This document shows positions 49,621 through 61,096 of a stretch of 64,000 nt of DNA, in pieces. The DNA comes from Trichoplax adhaerens. Lineage: Eukaryota; Animalia; Placozoa. The stretch spans positions 12,843,694 to 12,907,693 of the forward strand of contig NW_002060943.1 of NCBI RefSeq assembly GCF_000150275.1, in the 5' to 3' direction. Made by a program: the position numbers and the translations under genes. A model generated the notes under the pieces. It worked only from the letters and a program-made list of their open reading frames with translations, made no database searches and had not been told where the DNA came from. The stretch's first letter is position 1, and each line of letters opens with the position of its first letter.

Positions 49621-52600
49621 TCAGGTTCCGAAAACTTTCCTTTCCAAAACAGGCGGTAGACTCTCCAACATTGAAAAAGGAGGTATCTCCACTACGTATA
49701 TACTACCATCAGACAAGTAATCTGCATGCAAAATAAGCTAAAAATAAACAAAAAGACCCATCAATATGAGGATAAAGAGCTTGAGTATTTGTCATTTCTT
49801 ACAACTAGGAGTGACAATCCGTAGCTTACAGGATGATGTTTTTAACATTCCGTAAAAAATATTTAACCTTCTCACCTTATATCGATCATATATTACAAAA
49901 TTATCTGCAACAGGAGACAAATCAGAAACGGCTTTACTTCTCTTTCGCTTCCTCTTTTTGGAAGATAAAACAGCATCGACCGAAGGAATGGGCTAAAGAC
50001 ATAAAGATATTTAAACTGCACTATTGCAACAGCGTAAACGAACATGCGTACTATAGTATTGCAAACAGTAATCGAAAGATGGAAATTATCAAAGTCTTTA
50101 CCTTGACAAGGTCAATGAAGTACAGAGCCTTACAATCATGTAACATGATACGAGAAGAATTACTTGGATCGAAAGTAATATGAACCATAACTTCACTTTT
50201 ATACCAATCCTTAGGCATGCTACGCATAATGCATTCCTTTGACCATTGGGTCAGCTCTTTTTCATCACAGTCGTACAGTTGAATCTAAAGTATCCATTTC
50301 ATGCATAATAAAACAAAATTAATGCACCATTCAGATACCCAGGGCAAATCCACAAAATATTCATAATTTAATAACCTGATTATTAACACAGGCAATTGCT
50401 AATATATGACTATCTGGTTGGAAAGATACGCATGCAGGCTGAGCATCAAATCTTGGTACTTCACAATATTTCTTTGAAAGAACAAGACAGTATTAGTAGG
50501 CCATCAAGCCGAAGATCCATTGTATTAAGTGACATTTACGTAACATCAAACCTCTTCTTCCGATACATCGAATACAAATATCTGGCCAGAGCTATCGGCA
50601 TAAGCGACCAAATTAGTGTCGCAGCTACAGCAAAGGGATACACCAGGTCCAAAATCTGCTTAAAAATTTATCAAGACATATAAAACTAGAAATAAGATTA
50701 TAAAATGTACGTTACAGACATCAATATTTCACTGCAGATCCTACCCTCTATATCATTTTGAATATTATATTCCAATTGAAGAGAGACGCCTTCTGGTCTG
50801 AGTTCCAATACCTGGACGAATTACCAATTAACGATCACAAGCTTGTACGTATAAATAAATATGATCAAAAAGTAAACCAACCTGAATAATACCATTTGTG
50901 GTTGCGATTATTAATTTACAATCATCCGATGTAAAGCACATTCTATGAGCACTTTTTACGGCCGGTCCTAAAGGAACCTAACAGGTTCATCACGTACATG
51001 AAAAATTTTAGCGTTTGGTTTCATTGAACAGATCCAGTTAAAAAAGTATCATCTAAGTACCGATTTAACCACACTGGCCGTTTCAGAACTATTCCTATCC
51101 TGCGTTATGTTAAACAAGAAAAAAATTTAATGTCGTAGCGGTAGCAATTATTATGATAATTGAATGTCTTTATATTCCAAAAAAATACCAGTTCCAGTTT
51201 GTACAATTTAATCCGCTTGCAGTCAGAATACACAGCCCACTTAGCCGACGGCGAAATAGCACTGCATACAATGTTGTTATCACCCTAGAAAATGTTGCTA
51301 AATAAGCACATTTGTATATTTCATAATGTACGTAAAAAAGTGCAAGCCTTAACAGTAGATTTGCCTTTGATTTTATCTCTAATAACATTAATGGCAATTC
51401 CTTCAAGGGTAATTTTGTGCCTGAAGTCGCAGCAGCAGTTGTAGCTGTAACCAAGATACACAAATTCGGTAATTGTTACAAGAAGCATGACATTAAAGGT
51501 TGCCAATATAACACCTCATGACATGATAACACAGGAACATATTAGCAATTAAGTAAAAAGTAAATTGATTTATGTAACTCACTCTCGGCCGATCCTAAAG
51601 ACCAAAATTGGAGTGAACGTTGCTTTTGATAGAGGACAATATTATTCTTAGCTGCATGAGAAACTACGGGATACTGAAATATAAAGAAGGCAACTTATTT
51701 GTTCAATGCGCACAAATACATCACCACCTAAAACTAGAATAATGAAAGTGATTTGCTTAAATTTACTAAACGAACCTGTGGAAATGGTACCACTTTTATA
51801 GGTGGTTTCAATCCAAAAGCATGACTTTTATGCATTACAAGGCTACCATCAACCCCTTATTAAAAATTAATTATTGAAAGTTGTCAGAATACGCGTAGTA
51901 CAAAATTCTTCAGTTATAACTATTCAGCCGCATAATAAGATTCTACCTCCTGAAATTACCACCCAATTGTCAGTTTTAATTTCAGCCATAGCTAAAGAGT
52001 TGACATCATGAGTATGACCACGAGTTGAAAATCCGGATCTTACCCATTTAACCGATTTTGAATCCTATATTTAAAGAAGTTGATTGTTAGTACTGTCATT
52101 TCGATTGAAATTATTTCTGCTGGCGTTATTAACAAAATCAAATTCACTTAAAAGAACTGGTATTACCTTGGAGGCAAAGGATTGGTACTGCACAATCGTA
52201 TGGTCTACTCCACTAGAATAGAGTACATTTTCAGACTGAAACACAGCGATATTGAAAGTTAGTACAGTGATTATTATAGTAAAACTGATCTTCAAGTAAA
52301 AAGAGGAGTTTCAATTACCTTATTCAGACATAGAGTCAAAGCATCTGCTTGATGACATTGAAATGCCTAGTAATGCGGGTACGAGTAATTAGTTTACACA
52401 CTCGCAGTTTGGAGGTATTACATTCCATTTTAAAGATTATCACGTCTTCACTATGACAAAACAATTGGTAAATCTGCAAAGACTGTTTACAATACTTTGT
52501 TAATTTCTTACGGAAATTAAGGTGCCGAAATTTCCATTCCAAAATTGTATTTTGCCTAAAGAGTCCGCACTAATGATGGTTTTGTCCCTAATTTGATTCA

Positions 52601-54712
52601 TTACCGGGTGCGCAAATCATTAATGTTGGAAATTACATCAATACCATTGATTGATCTTATAACGATAATCATACTTCATTATGGTTACTGCCCATACAAC
52701 CGTCGATTTTTTCTGAAATTCATCTAAAGTTATTCTCATTTTGGAAGTACCTAGCATTGTCATAATTCAAATAACGAATGGATTTTATACCTTAATTATA
52801 TTTAACGTGATTTCTAATACATACATATACATGACAGTCCACATATACTGTAGTAACTGTGTGAAGTTTTACCTGTGCTAACATCCCAAATCCACATCAT
52901 ACTTTTATCTGTTCCAGTTACAATAACATCGTCATCATAGCTCCATGCAAGCGATACGACTTGGCATTCAAGTCTAATGAATACTTTCTCTAAAGCTAAT
53001 TCCGGATCAACAGCAAACAATCTAACAGAACCATCCTGACAGCCGATCTAATCAGTTTTGGGGGGAAGTAAAGTTTATCTTTACTTCTAATGATTGCTTT
53101 AAAACGAATATTTGAAAAGAGATCTCTTGCAGATAGCAGAACTTTATTTTACCGCTAAAGTTGTTTTGCTGTGATTGCATGCCATACACCAAATCGATCC
53201 AGCTCCAGACGCAGTACTTGCCTATTGATGACAGGGAATAGGTTAGCAAAGTAGTATGCTTGATATTCTATTGCATACTACAGTATTATATTTGGTATCT
53301 CAAAATGGGACTGATCAAATTTACCGTCAACAAACTGTGTATTACTGGTATATGATATAACCAATCAGCCATGACTAACACTGTTTATCTTATGGACGTT
53401 ATCCATGTTGCTAATACAGTACCTTCATTCTTAATCGTTTGATATCCCATTCTGCAATACTCCCGTGAAGACCAGCAGAATAAAGGCGGCCGTTGATCCA
53501 CAATAACGACCTAAGAGATGTTCCAGTAATACCAGGAATAACCTAACAATACATGAATGAAATATCAAGCGAGAAATCAAGTACAATCACCTACTTTCCC
53601 TGCATAGCTGAAGGTCTAACTACCCTACAGTATACTACGTTCAGGCTAGGAAATGGAATAAATCACGAATAACTTTCAATAATCTCGATTATCAGTTTCA
53701 TTACCCCTTCTTGGAACCATCTATCAAGATATCTCCAAATTTCAATGCTACCATCCGATCTAGTCATAAAATAAATATCCCACCATCAGTATCTTATTCC
53801 TTATTGTCGATCAATACATTAAGCAAATGCTACTGTAGTAGCAGAAATATCCCATTTGGCCTGTCAAATTAGAGTTGGTTCAAGCGTTGACATTGGCCAT
53901 TTTTAAGCAGAGCTATGTACGTAGTACCGCAATGCATGGCGTGATATTTACATTTCAATGTACAGAGCAATTCAAGGTTTCATTTTAGTTGATGATGACA
54001 GAAATACAGATTGTATCAACAACTGAAGCTCGACTATGACTAAAATCATTCAACCAGCTGTGTCAGCACTCAGTAGGAAAATTGACTGTACAAGTTGCTT
54101 TATCCATTTCATTTGATAGTGCAACGGCCCAATTTCCACGTAACAATATTGATACAGGCATTGACGATAATGACAATGACAATACTGTATCGACCAGCTA
54201 CAGAAGAATTGGGAAGAAAAGTTTAATTTTGTCTGCACAGTGCACAATCAATGCTTGTACGGTAAGGGGCAGGTATTCGTGGACGCAGTCCATCTAGTCC
54301 ACGCTATCGCTTGACAAAACTTGGCAAAGCTGTATTACCATGGTCCTGCTGTGAAGAAATCGTCACAGCTATATCAGTATTTCATGGCCGCTAAGTCATT
54401 CTAACCACAAACAGACAAGGCTGGTTCTAGTTTGCAAGCGATCGTACGAAACGAATGGATCCATCCATGATCGTCTTCGCTGATGAGGCCGAAATCCTCT
54501 TTGCTGACATCTCTGATGGCCGATGGATCGACTAAATGAGCCGATTGCACGTTGATCAACACTCATTACCTGGCTAATGCGAGCTTGAACGGTTTTTCTA
54601 CTTCATCCACAGCAATCCATTCAATGCTTTGAGGTATAAATTGCATAAATCGTGCACGATGAACCATTTGATTGCATTTGCCAGCATTGGCCTGATTCCG
54701 ATCGGACTCCAT
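49621..54712 (-). CDS. UTP4: U3 snoRNA-associated protein 4 (Cirhin), WD40, multi-exon
   Basis: N-terminal VHRARFMQFIPQSI...LALAR|SDGSIEIW, RLYSAGLHGSIAEWD, GCQDGSVRLF, IISADSLGKIQFW, LYSSGVDHTIVQY, WVRSGFSTRGHTHDVNSL and a C-terminal LPPVLERKVFGT* (stop 49621-49623). Confidence 0.92.
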
Positions 54713-55239
54713 GATGAGCACTAGGGCAAGGTAGCCAGGGTAATGCAGCCGTCGACTATCCATCGTCACCACACCACACATGCTCGGATGACGCTGAAAT
54801 ATAGTACTGTGCTTCAAACCGATACTCTGGGTTAGTCTCCAGACTAGCCCAATCGGCCGTTACCCTATACGATCAGTCTAGCCATGTCGTGACGTAACAT
54901 GGGTACTGCACGTCACCCACCATGGAGTGAATCGCCTCACCCCCAACACCCGGTGCTGGGGCTGAGGCCGAAATGAACCGCATAGTTTATCACTATAGTA
55001 CTACTGGAACACGGGTTTGTCTCGCCAAAGGATGACCAAACAGCTGTGCGAGTCTGTTACTGTGTCAGCTGTCGTGCGCTTCCTCGTGGATAGAACCAGT
55101 TTGGATCGAGTTAACCCCCCCCCTACCCCCATTTCAGCCCTTGTTAACCCTGGCCGGTGTTTAGGGGTGGTCAGAAAGACATTTGGAAACCCTTGGAAAC
55201 CATGGCTGCAAGTGTGGAATTCTAACTTTAGGACATGGA
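54713..55239. promoter_or_regulatory. Putative bidirectional promoter UTP4/ANGEL
   Basis: ~530-bp GC-richer spacer between divergent starts. It contains CRE-like TGACGTAA (~54890) and CACGTCA (~54909) plus two inverted repeats. Confidence 0.5.
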
Positions 55240-58200
55240 ATGACTGCCACTCGTTATGCTAGATATTGTTCTCATCTAACAAGGATGCAATCCACATCAG
55301 GTGCTATTCGAGTAGTTGTAATTATCATCAGTGAATGGATGACATGGATAGGCAACCATTGGGGTCGAGTAGATGATCAGTTGTTGTTGAAATGGGCCAT
55401 TTGAATTGGACTTGGAGTCCAAAGTCATCGTAATGGACGATAGCTATCCATCGTTCTAGGACTAAATGGAGCTATAGTTGAAATAGACTATTTTAATCCA
55501 GCCTTCATTCAGATTATAGTTATAGTATAACAGTGATCTGACAGTGAGCTAGAGTTGAAATGGACCATTTGAATTCGACCTGAATTCAGTCTACTGTAAA
55601 GGTTATACTATCATGATAAAATGCATCTTTCAAATCATATCTCAATTCGGTCGCAAGTTGTATTTAATTCTAGACGATAGATTATTTTAAAGCTAAATGG
55701 AGCTTCTCTGATCTTTATTTAGTAAAATATCACGCTATGATAGACTATTGTTCACTGTAGCTATAAGTTCGATCATCTATCTTGATTTTATTACATGAAT
55801 GATTCTGGCCTTGTAATGAATTGTAAATTAATTCCTCCCTTTCTTCAGTACTTTCTGTCAATTCATCCAACGTCATTTCACTATATTTGTCAGGTGATAG
55901 CCGTATACAAGAAGATATACTCGTACTATTAGGTAGCGAGAACAAGTTGGTGACAATTTAGGCACATTTCATAAGGTGTATTGACAGTTTGGAAACCCCT
56001 AAACCACAACTTTCACTGTGATAGCTACCTCTAGTTAGACAGTTATTGATTCTCTGATATGATTTAGTGTATTGGAGTCAGCGGTTACTCTACTGTTAAT
56101 CCGGCTAGTTTAGCGTTAATATCGCTACGATCTGCATTGAACGAGTTATAATTCATATGAACTGCACCATAATATTCATTTCATCAACGCCCTTATAAGG
56201 GCCTCGTTGTAACACGATGTGGTTCGATAGGCTATGTTATGGTTCGTCAACTCGAGTAACAACTAGTAGTAATTAATCTTAAGCCATTCCACGAGCTAGT
56301 TTAAATGTAGATGATCTCTTTCACTACACAGAAATCCAGTCCTACAAGCATGCAATCCATCGGTTATGTAATACGTGCCTAATATTAACTTCACTACGAG
56401 CTATATTTTAAACGATGATATGTTCACTTACCACATACTATCTTCACTTTATTATTTACATAGCGTATATTATATACCTGACTCTGTCATCAATAAGTTA
56501 CGGGTGTATTAGTTACCATGGCGGAATAAGTTCAAATATATTTATAAAGCGTAAGACAAGTGAGATAATATATAATTAGCCAGATCATGCTGATACTAGC
56601 ATCGATGATGGTAATCCTTAATGAAGCAAAGTGTAATGGTGTACGCTTAAATGGAACTACTAACTAGTATTCATAAATGTACAGTCTATTTGTACACCCA
56701 TCATTCAATATCCCAATTAATATCTATGTATTTTTCTATCAATCAAATATGTCGTTATTGATGCAGGTTTAACAACGCAAGTTTATAACCTGGCTGGTCA
56801 AGTACCGACGAGGAAATGGGTTAATGTACCCGGAGTACATTTTGGCGACAAGGACAAGAAATTATTCGACTTTACTATCTTGTCTTATAATATATTAGCA
56901 GATAACTTGCTATGGAAACATTCGTATTTATACAACCTTTGTCCTCCTGAAGCATTACAATGGGATTTTAGGAAAGAAAAAATCATTAACGAACTCTATC
57001 AATTAAATGCAGATGTATGTAGATTCGGTTAGAATTAGCTATGAAAACTTATTCTACAATACTACATTGATGTGTTTTAGAACGCCTGTGCTTTATGGAG
57101 ACAGACCAACAGTTTTTCTACAGCTGTATATTTACCATTTTATTTATTATAGCATCTCTGTACTGAAATGTAGTTATATAATTTTACTTACTTGAAAGAA
57201 CGTGATGTATACAATAGAGTAATGTTGCGTCATGTCTAATAAATAATAGGGCAATCTTAGTAGCATAAGTGTAATACTTGGCTAATTATAATTATATGCA
57301 AAATTCATAAATAATATATAGTGTTAAGGAATTAATTAATCAGCTGTCCAGGTCACACTTTATCGCTATTCTAACAGATTGTATGCCTTCAAGAAGTACA
57401 TGATCAACATTATCATAACTACATTAAACCCATGATGAAAAGGAAAGGTATGAATATTTCATGTATGGTATTAATGTGATTGATCTTAAAATTTGTAAAT
57501 TACAGTATCTTCGTTGCGCATTACTTGACTATTACGCGATAAATGTTCTTCTAAGTCAAATTCCATCAATGCTCCTGATAATAATGTCAAAAAATATTAA
57601 GAACATTTCTCCATAACAGCGCCCTGATGTAACTGTCTATACTGAAATTATTGCATTTAGCTATTCTTATGCACTAGATATTATACTATTTAGCTCTATT
57701 AGGGAGGGTTAACTAAGGAAGCATTTCTTCTAATAACATTTATGTATTAGGATACATTGGAGCCTATGAAAAACGTTTTGGAAATAACTTCGACGGTTGT
57801 GCAACATTTTTTAAGAAAACTAAATTTAACATGGTGCAACGCTGTCGCGTGGATTATCACGTCAACGGTGTCTCTTTAATGGATCGCGATAATATTGGGC
57901 TTATAGTTATGTTAGAATATCGAAATCCAACATCAAATAGACGCCATGGTCAAAGTAATCATGCTACCGAAGCGAGTGGACTGTCTGAGCCTAATCTTAA
58001 GCTTTGTATCGCCAATACTCACTTACTTTATAATCCCAAACGTGGAGACGTAAAATTAGCTCAGTTGACGAAATTATTTGCTGAAATTAATAACCTTACT
58101 AGTAATACAGGAAGGATGCCATGCGATCATGCTAATTGCGCTACTTCTAATCAGGATGTTGGCCAAGCATCTGCCAATTGTCCTGTAATTTTATGTGGCG

Positions 58201-58733
58201 ATTTCAATAGTACCCCAACTAGTGCACTTTTTCAGTTTATCTCTGAAGGTCATTTAGTTTATGACGGTTTAAATCGAAAGACATTATCAGGCCAACGAAA
58301 ATCAAAAGTACGCTATTCTGACGAATATGGTGACGGATTCAACCTACGTCGTGGTGCACTGCCACCATGGGGATTGAAAATTAGCAATTATTGCAAATAT
58401 GATAGCGATTGTGACATTGAAACTCACCAAAATTATGATGCACTATTTCATCACTTAAATTTGCGTAGTGTTTATCGGTATTTAGAGGATTCTGTGACGA
58501 CAGATTCACAAGCCGTAGACTATATTTTTTACTCTACTGATGCAGCTTGTAATTCCACAGATGTTAAAAACAATCAACCCCAGGTTTCTCATCGAATTCA
58601 ACCCATAAACTATTTAAATTTGTATTCTATGGAAGATATGGAGAAAATGCAATTTTTGCCTAATTTTCAGCTAGCATCAGATCATATATCACTAATAAGT
58701 AAATTAAGGTACTTTGAAAGTAAAGTCGAATAG
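55240..58733 (+). CDS. ANGEL2: Protein angel homolog (CCR4-like EEP family 2',3'-cyclic phosphatase)
   Basis: Exons ~55240-55300 (tentative), 56767-57014, 57378-57447 and 57751-58733. Motifs FTILSYNILA, IVCLQEV, DGCATFF, DRDNIGL, CIANTHLLYNPKRGDVKLAQL, VILCGDFNS, VDYIFYS and LPNFQLASDH. It is probably co-orthologous to ANGEL1/2. Confidence 0.9.
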
Positions 58734-59159
58734 CAGTATTATGAACTTCTGTTGCAAATTAATAAATTCTTTGTCATGAATCTTTATCAATCCATTATAA
58801 TGTCCGCTATTGTAAAAGTTTAGCAGTATGATAAAATACTGCACAACAAGATTGAGCATAAAGCAATAATTATTGAGATTTTATTTACATACGCTCTTAC
58901 CAAAGGAAAATTCTAATTGTAAAAGTCATTGTATAACTAAAAGAAATCTATTACTGATGGATTCGTAAATGTGTAATTAAAGTCTTTCATTTTCCTTGGT
59001 CGCAATTCATTACAATTTTTTTAATTGAAATAATGGTGTTGATATATAAATTAAATATTTAATAATTTAATCAAAATAAAATATTAATTCGAGTCCATTA
59101 GAAATAGCGCCGCGTTGATATTGATTTTATATTAAAATGGATGTTATCTAAGATTGACT

Positions 59160-61096
59160 CTAAATTTTAATTTGATACAAAACAGGTTGCCTGTAAAAAG
59201 TAAACCGAGATGGTAATTAATCGAGGACAGTACAGTCAATGCAAGAATTCAGATTGATTAGTAATAACGTTACACACTTTTTGGTCTTATTTTTGTTCGT
59301 TGCCTTGGTTTCCGATGAATTATGATTTTGGGAAGATCCGTAAGGAGATTTCTGACTTTTGCTTGAAGTTGCAATCTTAATTTCTGAATACATCTAATAA
59401 GCCATTTGAATGATTATTATGGAATAATTAGCGCATTAGAAATCATTCGGAAATTAAAAAATTATTATCATAATTTAGACCGAAATCAAATTATTAGTTG
59501 TGACACCTTAGTTTTAATTTGTTTGGAGAATTTTTCCAACGCTTTTCGAACATTATCGGTGGAGGACTTTTTGTAATTAATCGCTACGTGCTGTAAGGAT
59601 AAAAAATTCCTCTTAAAATGTAACGAATAAACAGCAAAGAAATAAATCAAATGACAGCCATGGGTATATTTCACGATATTAACTACTCATGAAAATCGCT
59701 TGTACTAGAAATAAACCAAATTTACCTTCCACTTAATAGGCTCGCAGCTGTGCACACTATGATCTACAGGTAGCCCAATTTTAACTTTTTCCAATTCATG
59801 ATAGCCTAATACAACAGAATTCGCGTATGGTTCACTTTAAGAAGGGATAAATATTTTTGATTGTATGATATAGTCTACAACAATGTTATATATTTGTATG
59901 AATAAGAAATTACGAGAATAAGGATATAACTACAATATAGCCCCAAATTTGTTAAGCTTATATATCAAAGTTGACTAACATTCTTCATAAGATGTTTTAT
60001 ACTGTTGAATTAGATCCATAAGCGATCTATATATTAATGGTTTATACATCAAAGTTCTTCGTCTACTTAATCCAAGAGCTCCGTATCTGCCTGAGTAATG
60101 AATCCCTAAAACAACATGTCTGACGTTGATAAACAGGAAAGTTAATGATTAAGTTAGTTCTTAAAATTCGTCAGTTACAAGCAGCGGTTAAATTAGAAAA
60201 ATTATTCGAAAAGTAATACCTGTGATGATGAGAATTAAAACATGATTTAAAGGATATAGGAAAGCGATCAAGGCCTTCTAAGCCACACGTAAAATAGCTG
60301 CAATGAAAAAACAACGTAAGATGTAGAGATGAATAAATATACGAATAAGTACATAATATTCTCCTATTTAGTTTTATATGTGAATACTATAAACTACTAG
60401 AACTTACATGGAAAGAATTACTGCCTCTAAGCATTTAATTGGTAGCGATTCTTTAATCATATCTTTTGCAATCTCCATCAGTCTGTCAAAATGAGTAAAA
60501 CATAAATCATAGCTTTGCATCCAGTTTCATTTCTTAAAATCGAAGTATGTAAATAAATTTCATCTTAAATTTAAAGTCTAATTATTACCCTGACATCGGT
60601 CTACTCTTCTTAATTTCGAAAAATTGTAAACCAGTAAAGTTGTAACTATTAAAACAAATATCATTTCATCATGTTTAGGTCTAAGTAAGTATTAAGGTAA
60701 AGATTAGATATACTGTACGAGATGTCAACAAGATCCTTACTGAAGATCAGAGATATAATTTTGAATACAAATAATTCGCTCCTCTGTTGTCATTCCCGGT
60801 GTAATTGTGGGTGCTATCGGGACAGGAACCTGATGTATATTAATTTATATGAAATTACACTTTTCTACACGCATTGAAGCTTTACGATAGTTTTAAATCA
60901 TCTTTCAAAAGGCTAAGTATATTTTAAATTCTACTTTTGATAGAGATCGGTTTCCTCGGATTTGATTTTCAGCCTCTTCACCTTTTGCTGAATGGTGACG
61001 CTTGGTGTGCTTCCATAATTTGTGCCAATATTCCTGCTGTATAGGAAATCCACCGCGATTAATATAAAAATTAACGTCTTCGTCGTCACTTTCCAT
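59160..61096 (-). CDS. VASH: Vasohibin (tubulin tyrosine carboxypeptidase), multi-exon; an upstream exon is possible
   Basis: FYINRGGFPI, YNFTGLQFFEIKKSRPMSGLM, catalytic LPIKCLEAVIL, RFPISFKS, HVVLG, GALGLSRR.LMYKP, KVKIGLPV and a C-terminal YQIKI* (stop 59160-59162). Confidence 0.94.

Noticed and set aside
53988-54030. TGATGA...CTGA box C/D-like motif in UTP4 intron 1
   Set aside because: On the strand opposite the host gene, too short, and without a convincing terminal stem.
54457-54497. Hammerhead ribozyme-like core CTGATGAGGCCGAAA with upstream GGATC
   Set aside because: Stem II would be 1 bp and stem I does not pair. It is also antisense to the host UTP4 intron.
60646-60740. Possible U12-type intron in vasohibin (branch-like TTTACCTTAAT)
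   Set aside because: The donor is GTAAGG (U2-type) and the motif is too far from the acceptor. I saw no RTATCCTT donors at the exon borders I mapped.
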